NCBI GenBank assembly: GCA_038087875.1
Contig: JAXLNO010000487.1
Location: 62,001-112,239 of the forward strand
From: Malacoraja senta
Taxonomy: Eukaryota
Direction of reading: 5' to 3'
Length of the DNA: 50,239 nucleotides
Part shown: piece by piece, positions 11,675 through 22,710 of the stretch
Layout: every line of letters begins with the position of its first letter
How positions within the stretch are numbered: the stretch's first letter is position 1
Translations under genes and position numbers: made by a program
The notes under the pieces: generated by a model
Databases searched by the model: none
Seen by the model: the letters and a program-made list of their open reading frames with translations, nothing else
Told to the model about the DNA's origin: nothing

Positions 11675-12336
11675 AGGGCCTGTCCCACTTACGTGTCCTT
11701 GGCACGCGAATTACGCGACCTCGGTCGCGTTGAGGCGCACGGGCATCGTATGGCCGCGCGGGGATGGTCCCACTTAGAAGCGCAGAGGGGTTATGTAGTT
11801 GTGCGCGACATCGCGCAGGACTCTGAAATTTTTGTAGTGAACGAAATCTTCGCGCGCCAATGGCCTGTCGCGGAACTGACGGCAAAGTGGGACAAGCCCA
11901 AGACCCTGGCTCGACGCAACGTCTCACCTTCAACAGCAGCAGAAGCAGGCAAACGATCGCTGAACTCGGCCTGGGGCTCACGGCCGTTGCGGTCCGGATC
12001 CGGCCCCACTTCTACTCCCAGAGCGGGGCCAAGATAATTGAAGATAGACACAAATGCAGGAGTAACTCAGCGGGACCGGCAGCATCTCTGGAGAGAAGCA
12101 ATGGGTGACGTTTTGGGTCAAGACCTTTCTTTTCAGATTGAAGAAGAATCTCGACCCGAAACTTCTCTCCAGAGATGCTGCCGGTCCCGCTGAGTTACTC
12201 CAGCTTTGTGTGCATCTTCAAATGACGTCACGCGCTCCAGACGGCTGTGCGTACGCATGGAATCGCGCCCGACCTTCGCGGGACCGTCTCGGGCTCAACG
12301 CGACAACGAGCTCTCGTAATTTGCGTGTCAAGGACA
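11675..12336. mobile_element. PIF/Harbinger-type MITE (same terminal motif as 5331) nested in Tc1; right terminus lost
   Basis: Starts TTA-AGGGCCTGTCCCACTTACGTGTCCTTGGCACGCGAATTACG. The inverted subterminal copy CGTAATTTGCGTGTCAAGGACA ends at about 12336 without the last 18 or so bp. Confidence 0.8.
12038..12221. mobile_element. Inverted pair of short Penelope-end elements
   Basis: TTGAAGATAGACACAAA..GAGTAACTCAGCGGGACCGGCAGCATCTCTGGAGAGAAG and its reverse complement flank two degenerate CTGAAGA..GAAAC cores. Confidence 0.85.
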
Positions 12337-12529
12337 TTAATAGCCATTATCTGTTATTTGCACTATATCAGTTTATTTATTCATGTGTGTATATACGTAT
12401 ATAATGGTATCTGGACACACTGATCTGTTTTGTAGTCAATGCCTACTATGTTCTGTGTGCTGAAGCAAAGCAAGAATTTCGTTGTCCTATCAGGGACACA
12501 TGACAATAAACTCTCTTGAATCTTGAATC
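12337..12529 (+). mobile_element. Rex/Babar- or L2-type LINE 3' tail fragment
   Basis: GAATTTCGTTGTCCTATCAGGGACACATGACAATAAA followed by (TCTTGAA)2. Confidence 0.7.
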
Positions 12530-14231
12530 ACCCAATCTGAACCCAATTGAGCATGCTTTTATATGCTGAAGAGAAAACTGAAGGGGACTAGCACCCAAAA
12601 CAAGCATAAGCTAAAGATGGCTGCAATACAGGCCTGGCAGAGCATCACCGTAGAGGACTCCCAGCAACTGGTGATGTCCATGAATCGCAGACTTCAAGCA
12701 GTCATTGCATGCGAAGGATATGCAACAAAATACTAAACTTAACTACTTTCATTTACATGACATTGCTGTGTCCCAACATTATGGAGCCTTGAAATGGGGT
12801 GACTATGTATAAACACTGCTGTAATTTCTACATGGTGAAGCCAAAATGTATAAAAATGTGCTTTATTAAAATCTGACATGTGCACTTTAACCACGTAATT
12901 TTTTATATTACAAATCTCAAATTGTGGAGTACAGAGGCAAATAAATAAATGATGGGTCTTTGTCCCAAACATTACGGAGGGCACTGTAATTCACAAAGCA
13001 CTACTGAAATATTCAGGGACACACAATAAACATTTGCTCTCAAAACATTTATGTGAAAAAGCAAATAAATTATTCCTCCCCCTCCCCCCTCCCCTCCAAT
13101 TTGGATTTCTTGATTTTCTGCACAATTTAGCACTACTTCAGTTTTTAAGGCTGTGGTGTTAATTATGAAGCGTTCTCAGCTAAATACCTCTCGGAAGTCA
13201 ACTTAAAAGGGAAGTCTGGGCACCAGTTAGTGGTGGCTGAAGTCTAAATGTGCTGATCAGAAGCTATTCCATAAAAAGTAAGTGTTGTACAGTTCAAATG
13301 AAGCCTTTTTTCTGATCGTACTTGCTGTTCAAATTGGAACAGATGAGAAATCCCGACACTATTAACCTGACCTTTGTTCCCTTTACCCAACTAATTGCTG
13401 CAGAGCTTTCAGTCATTCAGGTCTCTTTTTGTGGAATACCTTCTAGCTTTTCTCTTTTAGAAACTTTCTGGAAGCTTCTGTCGTTCACAATGTCTTGGGT
13501 CACCCCACCCATTTCACTTTCCTTACCTCCTGCATGAATTTCTGAAGTGCTTTGTTAAGTTTTGAATGTTGAAGATACTATTATTAGTCAACATGGTTAT
13601 TTTTATCTGCCTGAGCTAACTTACTGGCTGTGGTTTTTAATGCTGCTATCATCTTTCTTCTCGCTTCCTCTTATTGGGGAGGAGTAAAGGAGGGGGAAGC
13701 ACTTCAGCGTGTGTGTGCGTACAAGGCATTACCTAGGTCCAACAAGCAATGATAGCTGGCTAGGCAGAAACTAAGATCGTAGAAAATGAAGGAAATAACT
13801 AGGGAGAATGTAACCCACCACCTATTATAAGGGAAATTTGCAATAACTTAATAACATTTTGATTCTAAGGCACAGCCCATTGTAAAAAAAATGTTAGTAA
13901 TTTTAGTAAATGCTGGCCTTGCCACTGTAAATAATAGTATGAGTTTGTTGTTATAATCTGAAGGCCTAGGTGGTTTTACAGTTCTTGCATATGCATGAAC
14001 GAACTGTATGTAGCAGGTCATCAGTGTTTCATGGGGTTGTGTATATTTTTTACCCCTTACGTTGTAAAATCCATTGTGGTGGTATTGTATGTTGCTGGTC
14101 AGTGAAAGTACAAATTTGTCACCCGCTAGAAATACCTGAGGAAGTTTGATCATTTGTTGATTTTTTTTCCATTGTGCTTCATTCAGTGTGCACCTCCCTC
14201 CCTCCTCTTCTTGCCCCACAACCCCTATTAA

Positions 14232-14860
14232 CAAGATGCAAGATACAAAGAATTTATTAGCCAAGTATGTAAGGACATACAAGGAATTTGATTTGCCATA
14301 CAGTCATACCAAAAAAGCAGCAAGACACACATCTACATGAAAATTAACATAAACATCCACCACAGCGCACTGCGATAGAAGGCAATAACGTATTATCTTC
14401 TTCACTCCTTTTCTCTCGCGGTCAGGGCAGTCGAACCATCCGCAGTCGGGGTGATCGAAGCTCCCGCAGCCGGCGATCGAAGTTCCCACGTCGGGGCAGT
14501 CGAAGCTCCCGCGATCAGGGCGGTCGAATCTCCTGCGGTTGCAGCTCCCTAATTCGGTCCCTAACCAAGGGATCGCCAGCTCCACGATGTTAAGTCCGCA
14601 GGCTCCCGCGGTTGGAGCTCCCGAAGTTGAGCCCCAACAAAGGGAACGCCAGCTCCACGATGTTAGGCCGCAGCGCGGACAAAGATGTGATACGGAAAAA
14701 GTTGCATCTCCGTCAAGGAAAGAGATAAAAAAAGTTCCCCCCCACCCCCCCACTTAATACAAAAGTAAAGATATACTAAAACATACAGTAACAACAAGCT
14801 AAAAACAACTAACGAAGAAAAGGATGAGACAGACTGTTGGCGAGGCTGCCATCATGCGTC
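14232..14860 (-). mobile_element. GC-rich non-autonomous retroelement related to 9306..10577
   Basis: Shared internal blocks; degenerate short internal repeats (GTCGAAGCTCCCGC); minus-strand 3' tail with GTATGT-CCTT-ACATAC hairpin and AATAAA. Confidence 0.7.
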
Positions 14861-14924
14861 ATTTACCAGTGGGTTATTTTTAATTAAACTGATTTTGGCG
14901 GATCCTTCATAATCGAAGCACATT

Positions 14925-15400
14925 TAAATCTTCGGAGTTTAGAACAGTGCAGGGTGATGTTATTGAGACCCTTCTTGATAGGGCATGACAAGGTAGATGT
15001 TTTTACAAGTGAGAGAGTTTTGAACAAGAGGACGAGGTGGGCACTGAACTTTAAATGGAGGTGCAAAGAAATTTCCTTTAGATCTATGAATTCGTTGTCT
15101 CGGAGGGTTACGAACATTAGATCAATAGAAGTATTCAACATCGAGGTAGATATATTTTTGAAAGATCATAGAATGGAGATCTTTGGGGAACTGGCACAAA
15201 AGGGGAGCTAAGGCCATTGTAGATCAGCCATGATCATATGGATTCTGAAGAAGGGCCTCGACCCGAAATGTCACCTATCCCTTTTCTCCAGAGATGCTGT
15301 CTGACCTGCTGAGTTACTCCAGCTTTTTGTGTCTATCTTCATATGGAATGGCAGCCAGACGAGAGGGGCCAGGCAGCTTACACCTGCTCCTGTTTTCTTG
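14925..15400 (+). mobile_element. Old CR1 3' fragment carrying a short Penelope-end insertion (15243-15338)
   Basis: CR1 tail AGATCAGCCATGATCATATGGAATGGC interrupted by CTGAAGAAGGGCCTCGACCCGAAATGTCACC...; TSD TCATATGGA 15234-15242 / 15339-15347. Confidence 0.75.
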
Positions 15401-16677
15401 TGTTTTGCCTGGCTGTGCATCTTCAAATGTGTTACAGTATTCAGGAGAGGCAAAAGCAACAATTGCCACTGATCATTTGAGTTAAAGAAAACCATTCAAT
15501 CTAGCAAAACCTCAATAGTGTCAGTGTGCGCCTCGAAAATAAATTAAAATAGAGTCATCTAAGCTTAAAGTGCTGTTTAATTAATTTTAGAGAGATATAT
15601 TCAGGAGTAGACATGGGCTTTCAACATTTAGGCTTCTGGTACACTAACGATTTTAAACCATTCATTCGGGAGGGTTTTCTTTGAGGGATGCACTGAAATA
15701 CATCACAATAGTGGTCTGGTGAGTTTGATTCTAATACCCTCATTAAAATTTTATGAAATTTGTAAAGAAATAAATTCTGAAGTGACTAAAGGCTTTCGAT
15801 TGAGGCTTGATTAACCTGCTTGCTGTACTATCAGCAAGTCTTAGGAACAAGTGTTCCTTTTTAGGAGCATGGTTTTAATTGTTTTTCTTTTTGCTTCCTT
15901 CTGACTTTGACCTTCTTTGAAATATTATAATCCCTTTAGAAAGGCAGACTTGCATTTAAACCACAGATGCGGCTGGTTTCAATGTCATTTATTTTTAAAT
16001 AGAAGTTGCAAAATGCAGCTTAGTGGGTCTGAAGTATGTTTTGCTGAACGCCTGCTTTGATACTAGAGCTATACACAGTATCTTAAGTCAGCAGCTTTAT
16101 ATGGTGTTATCTCATTAAATTTTCAGAGAAAAGCTGCAAGCAGCTAATTGGAAGCATGTAATAGTTTAGGCCATGAGCTGTCTTATGGTGTAATAAATTA
16201 CTGAAGGAGAAGACAGTTTTATACACTTATAGAGGGGGTGAAGTAGTTTACACTTAATGAGTTTTTAGAGAATATTTGATAGAAACATTGAACTCCTTAA
16301 TCATCACAGCTTCACTCTAAACTATTTAGTTACTTTATGAATAGCATTAATTTCAGCAATAGTTAAAATAATTCATTTATCATAAATTAATGACTTACAG
16401 ATAAGAATGGGACTGAAATGTAATTTTCATCTATAGCAATGGCGACCTATTTATTACCATAGATAGCATTGTAATTTCAACAAAGGAACAACTACCTTCA
16501 GCATTGCCTGAGGATTTGTTTTCTGGCGAGGATCATTGCAGTGGCTATTGTTGAGAGGAATTTGTAAATGCAGATGTAAGCAGTTCATAAATTTCATAAA
16601 TTTTCTACAAGCAAATTATTGCAAAGTTTTTTAAAGGTGTGATGACTGGCGAGTTACAAGAGAGTTACAACTATGGT

Positions 16678-16775
16678 GTAGGAAGCCATCGCAGATACTG
16701 GTTTACACTGAAGATAGACACAGAATGCTGGAGTAACACTCATTCCTTCAATCCGGAGATGCTGCCTGTCCCGCT
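16678..16775. mobile_element. Internally inverted short Penelope-end element
   Basis: Minus-strand then plus-strand pieces of the family; flanked by GAGTTACAACTAT(G/A)GT at 16662-16677 / 16776-16791. Confidence 0.7.
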
Positions 16776-17959
16776 GAGTTACAACTATAGTTACTGCTAT
16801 TTGGCGCAAATGCCAATATGAACTGGAGAAATCATTGCAGAACAACTTTCCTTGCCACTCCTCATGGATTACTGAACGCAATCTCGAATATGTGCCTGGT
16901 TCACTTGTTCCCACCTATGTTTGCAAATTAAATGGCCAAAGTGACACATCTTCTTTACTTTTCGTGCATATAACATATTATGCAGATGCTGGAAATCTGG
17001 TCCCTTCTGACCAGTGTTTATCTGCCAACTCTGGTGCTAACTGTAAACTAGGGAGATGGCCAGAGCTTTGGGTTTTATATTTGAAACCAGGATAAAACGG
17101 GGATGGATTATTTAATTGTCTTCAGCTTTCCAATAGGTGTAGCCACCATTTAAATACATTTATCAAAGTCCATGTGTCTTTCTACCCAGTGGATCAACTC
17201 TGTACAAGCTCCCCTATGCACAAATCTGACCAGTGTGTGGTTTGATCTTAGGCAAGAGTTGTGCTTGGTATAGATGAGGTGGATCAAATACTTGCTACAT
17301 GATGCCCCTCGTGGCTTTGTAACTTTTTCAGGCCTTCACACAAACTACAACTTGATCTTTCTTATTAGTGCTGGGTGTAGCACTGAGTGTCTGTTAGAAA
17401 TTTAAGGAAGAAATCAGTCAGGCACAAGGTGATTTAGTCGTTCTGTCTGTTCCTGCTGGGTGCATCTCAGTCAGGACCACCATTTTCTCAGATTTCCTCT
17501 GCAAGCCTTCAGAGAACGATTAATGTTGCAGAAATCAATCATTTACAGAAGTTATTTCTGTTGTCGTTCACTTTTTTTTTTTTTGATTGTGGTTTTATTA
17601 ATTACTTTGTAAAAATGTGAATTTATGAGGGAGGGGAATGGAGACCCAAAATACCTCTGCAATCATGTTGGAAATGAGTGTTGGTTCACTTGCTTCATCA
17701 CCAAGTCAGAAACTGGGCATGAAGATTTTCACACCCCACTGATTCAGAATTCAGAATCAACGGCTCAATTTACACCTTAATCCTTTTGCTCCTCACAATT
17801 GAGTCCAGTGTGAAATTGACTGCTGACTTGTTGGCTCACAATGGACCAAGTGTCACCACTTGTTCAGTCCTTGAGCATTATCACCAGCACAAATCATCCG
17901 AGAAAACAATGTTAAAGACAAGGATGCTGCATTTAATGAACATCAGCAATGATTCAGTA

Positions 17960-18970
17960 CGTATCATGGATCCGGGAATTTAGAGAGGTCGTCAAGGGTA
18001 GAGAGTTGGTCAATGCTAGTTGGAAGGAGCACTTCAAAGATCACCTCAATCCTGTCTTTGAAACTTATCTCATGGGCTCCATGATGAAGCACACAATGAC
18101 GATACAGCCTTATAACACTTTGGTTAGGACGTATTTGGAATAATGTGTGCATTTCTAGTCACCCTATTACAGGAAGGATGTGAATGCTTTGGAAAGGGTG
18201 CATGGGAGGTTTTCCAAAACAGTGCCTGGATTATGGGTTATTAGCTATAGGGAGAGGTTGTACAGATTTAAATGGTTTTCTCTGGATTGCTGAAGATTGT
18301 GTGGAGACCTGAGAAAAGCATATAAAATGATGAGAACCCTAGATACGTTAGACAGTCAGATTTTATTTCCCCCCCCCCCCCCCCCCCCCCCCCAGAATTG
18401 GAAAATCAAATACAGCTTTAAGGCGAGAGGGGGGAATTTAAAGGAGATGTCCAGGGCAACATTTTTACACAGAGGGCGGGGAGTGACTGGAACGCACTGC
18501 TGGGATTGGTGGTTAAGGCAGACACGACAGTGCCAGTTAAGAAATGTGGGTACAGGCATCGGGATGTGCATGGAATTTAGGGATATATGGATTATGTACA
18601 GGTAGACAGAAGATGGTCTTGGCATGATGTTCAGCACAGATAGTGGGCCGAAGGGCCTGTTCTTCTGCTGTACTTTTCTATGGAAAGAATCTATTAACCA
18701 TTGCAGATATCAATAAATAAATATGCCACAGTGTCACGTGCACATACACATTTCTTCAGCTGATAGAGAAAATTGTTCGAAGATTTCAATGTAAATCACG
18801 GCTAAACCATTGTGCTGTGAATCCTTCCCTCCGTTTAAATGCTCAGGTGACCAATAGCAGCCACCTCTAAACAATGGAGAAATACCAACTATGTCTCCAT
18901 CATTTGAAGAATTGGAAAAACCTATATCGGCATTCTTTCTCAGGTTTGCATTCCCTGGCATTGAGGCCGT
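17960..18970 (+). mobile_element. Ancient RTE-like LINE remnants, split by a CR1 insertion
   Basis: ELVNASWKEHFKDHLNP (compare RWKEHFEDLLN) at about 18000-18050 and PSFEELEKPISA..FPGIEA (compare PTxEELxKAI..APGxDGI) at about 18890-18970. Strongly decayed. Confidence 0.35.
18070..18682 (+). mobile_element. CR1-type LINE 3' fragment with internal poly-C run
   Basis: YNTLVRTYLE.CV.F.SPYYRKD..ALERV, SYRERL.R, GDL..AYKMMR; tail GTGGGCCGAAGGGCCTGTT. Confidence 0.85.
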
Positions 18971-19354
18971 GATTACACTCATCCATGCTGTTCCCAGCAA
19001 ACTCTGAGCTCCAAGTCAAGGGATTTCCCTAAGGACCAAGGAAACACTTGGGATCTCTGTGCGGCAATTTTCAAAATAGAAGAACAGCATCTCGTAAGAT
19101 TCCCTGAATCTCAATGTTGGCGGCAAATGGATTTCATGCACATACAGCAAAAGTAGCATACGGCACCGCTAACCACCAACCTACTGGGTCCACCAGATCT
19201 CTCAGAGGAATATACTTTGGATACTTGCTGTGCAGCAATGTGCATGACAAATGCCCATTTTAGTGAGAGAACAGTGGAAAGCTGGTGCTTATGGCATCCC
19301 ATTTTGTACAAATGACGCAGATAAATGATAAAGTGGAGAACTTGAATCACCAAG

Positions 19355-19452
19355 ACTTAGTAGTCTACGGACCAGGTGCTGATAAATGGAATTAGTGTAG
19401 ATAGGTAGTTGCTGGTCAGCATGTACATGGTGGGCCTAGAGGATAGTTTCTG
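19355..19452 (+). mobile_element. CR1-type 3' tail
   Basis: GGTCAGCATGTACATGGTGGGCCTAGAGG...TTTCTGCACTGTATGACTTTGACTCT. Confidence 0.65.
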
Positions 19453-22204
19453 CACTGTATGACTTTGACTCTGTCTTAAGTCGATCATGTTGGGTAAAGC
19501 GAAAAGAACGAAATGCAGAGGAAGACAGCAAATGAGAGGCCGGCTTGGATCAACAAAGCCGTTGGCATGTCTCTGCAGCACGTTCGAAATGTAGTTTGTG
19601 ATGGATGGTCTTGAGAGCAAGTCAAATGGGCGGCCAGAACTCAGCATTGACTCGGTCGGTAGCAGCCATCTGATTGTCTTTACCAATTGCTCCAACACCA
19701 ACATGAGGGCAACAAACACAAATTAAAATGCCAAAGAGTCACTGTGTTGGCTATTATAAAGATTGACAATTTTATTGGAGCTACTCAAGCAAGGATTAAT
19801 CTGGAAGAAATGATTGGATATGCTTTTAATTTTCTTCATCTATACATGATGGCAGCCTGTGGTATTGTCCCATAGCAGTGCAATGTGAGAATCTAGAACA
19901 CAAACAGGTCAATGAAATCCACTTGCAAAATTGGCCTACTGTTGTCCACACTAATCCCCCCCCCCCCCCCCCGCCCCCGCCCCGCTCATCTCCATTTTAA
20001 GTGTGCTGTCGTCATGCTAGCCTCTAACTGATAACTACTTAGAAAATCAGGTATTAAAGCTTCATTGAAAAATAAATTGCTGGTCATCATTAAGTGATCA
20101 GTGATACACATTGAACCTGTAATTAATTTAATCTGCTATTAGCAGGTGGCTCTGTAATTTTCTCCTTTCTGTTGGAAAGAGTGGGCTGCACTGATACGGT
20201 AAAATGTTTTCTGAAGATTAGTTTTAAATCCTGGCATTATAGTGGAGTCCTGTTTAGATTTATACCTGAGCTCAGCAGAAGCCTGTTTTCAGGGATGAAT
20301 ATTTCTTGGCAAATTACTTGAGACTCTACTTTTCAAAATTCAGCTGTATTCATATTTAAATTGAGTAGAAATTTGAAATGTCATGGAGAATAAGACACGA
20401 AAGACAGGAAATGTAACAAAACACTACGGTGAATTGGACGTGCAAAAACTGGAAATGTAAATGGCAAAGATATTTTCCTGTCAGCTATTTAACCAGTTCC
20501 AACCATGGTGCGCTTGATACCGGAGAACAAGAGCGTACTGATAAGAATAGGCCTGGCCTGTGAAGCTAGAGGTGACCTTGGTAACAACTTTACCCAGTCC
20601 CAGAGATGAGTTCAGTGGAGGTTAAAAAAAAAGTGTAGTGGTGTTTATATCTTTAAACAAGAAATATGTATCTCTAGCCCTTTACAACCAATGAAGCTTG
20701 GCCACTTTTATGTTGTATAGAAAACGTAGCAGGCAATTGTGCACTGTAATATATCACAATGCAGTAAGCAACTTTATCATCTGTTTCAGTTGGTGGGTAT
20801 CACTGGCTGCAATCTGTTTGGGATGCTGCTTTACTAAACTCATCCAATTTACATAACATTAGAACTGGGAACTACATTATAATTGAAGCTTTTGCCTGGA
20901 GGTTGGCAGGGGATTTGAGGTTCATCCATTCCAAGATTGTAATAAACACATTGTTCCGGCCTGTATGGGTGGGCTTGTAGGTTCAATCTGGCAGCTGGCA
21001 GCGTGCACCACAGTGCATTTGTTTGCTGCTTCACTTCTCAATGCATTAACGGAAACTCTGGAGTAAATGCGGGTAATTTTACGCAAGTGGAGGCGAGGCG
21101 TCTATTACTGCGAAACTCGCGGAACTGTCCTCAACAAAATTAACTTAACTGTGCATTCATTGCTTCTAAAGTGAAGAAAAGCTTCTTGCACACAGTGAAC
21201 TGATTATATTTAGTTGCACAGATGGTGAGTCAATTGTCAATCCTCAGTTTCTTTTTTGGGTTATGCATTTACCAGGATGAAATATATGAATAAACATTCA
21301 AATTCCACTTGATTTAATTTTCAGAAGAAGTGGAAACATAATATGACTGTTTACTTTCAATCTTGAAAATAGTGCCATCCATTATGACCATGTTTGTGAA
21401 TTTCCAATACAATCATCCCTAGTTCTTTAAATTCAAGTGTTATAATGGATTTCATCCAAAAATTACATGTTGGTATGTAGGAGGAAACCTTTTAATTCAC
21501 TGTAACCTCTGAACCATTACCAGTTATTATCTCTATCCGATACAAGGCATAGTTTAGTGGTATATTTTTTAATTAAATAAATTAACTAAGCTCTTGATTC
21601 CCCATTCTTCGCACTCAAATTTATTTCAATTGTCAGATTGCAGAGGGATTTGGCAATGTACAATGTGGAGTTGATGGGGAAAATAGGAGAAACATAGAAG
21701 CAGATGAAGATTTAAGGTTATATTGGTATGTGATCAGTAGGACATCTATTTCCCCTTGCAAAAAGCCAGCCTGATGGTCCCAGTGTGTGCCTTGGAGTGG
21801 AGAAAATTCAAATTATGTTGAAAGAAGCAGGAGATACGAGGAAGGAAAAAAGGAAAGAAATGTGCAAATCTCATAACTGTCTTAACTTCACCTATAATGA
21901 CAAACGAGATTGAGTTATTCTGCATTAGATAAGTAAGATTGATACCTAGGACAACTCACCTCAGCAGTAAGTTTCTCATTGTACATTGCAAACTCCAAAT
22001 CTTCCATTGGTTGTAAAGTTAAAATACAATTTTAAGAATAGATCAGGAGAAAACAACAAAAAAAGTCTATACATACAAACTGAGTGTGTACACTGATTAT
22101 TTGGTAAAGGCAACAACGTGAGTTTTAAGAACAGACGATGATGAAAATTGCGGAATCTGTGGAAAAAAGAGTCCACATTTTGGATTTGTAACAGAGGAAT
22201 TACC

Positions 22205-22710
22205 CTGGAGAACTGGAGAAGAATTACGAGGATATTGCCAGGTTTCAAGGGCCTAAGCTATAGAAATAAGTTGAGCAGGCTAGGACTTTATTCCTCGGAG
22301 CACAGGAGGATGAGGGGTGATCTTATAGAAGTGTACAAAGTCATGAGAGGAATAGATCAGTTAAACGCAGAGATGGGGAATCGAGAACCAGTGGGCATAT
22401 GTTTAAGGTGAGGGATTGAGGGGGGGGAGGGGGGGGGAGATTTAGTAGGAACCTGAGGGGTAATGTTTTTGCATAAAGGATGGTGGGTGAATGGAATAAC
22501 CTGCCGGATGAGGTAGTTGAGGCAGGTACTATCGCAACTTTTAAGAAGCATTAGACAGGTACACGGATAGGATAGGTTTAGAGCGATATGGTTTAGCGGG
22601 ATATAGGCCAAATGCAGGCAGGTGGCACTAGTGTAGATGGGGCATGTTGGTTGGCATGGGCAGGTTAGGCCGAGGGGCCTGTTTCCCCACTGTATGACTC
22701 CATGACTCTA
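22205..22710 (+). mobile_element. CR1-type LINE 3' fragment
   Basis: RRITRILPGFKGLSYRNKLSRLGLYSSEHRRMRGDLIEVYKVMRGID; tail GGCCGAGGGGCCTGTTTCC..TGTATGACTCCATGACTCTA. Confidence 0.9.

Larger units (their letters stand above)
11399..12986 (+). mobile_element. Tc1 (IR/DR) copy 2, internally deleted, with nested insertions
   Basis: TA-CCGTGCCCTCCATAATGTTTGGGACAAAG ... CTTTGTCCCAAACATTACGGAGGGCACTG-TA (TA TSD). Only the transposase C-terminus (LNPIEHAF...) remains, from about 12529. Confidence 0.95.

Noticed and set aside
13527..13541. Possible 15-nt minus-strand microexon (cttcAG-AAATTCATGCAGGAG-GTAAGG)
   Set aside because: Poor polypyrimidine tract and no partner exons identified; such matches are expected by chance in 50 kb. 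Would need RNA-seq.
18368..18392. Poly-C run (also about 19955, 22420, 49815) as a functional G-quadruplex
   Set aside because: Homopolymer expansions, mostly inside decayed repeats; lengths are unreliable in assemblies.
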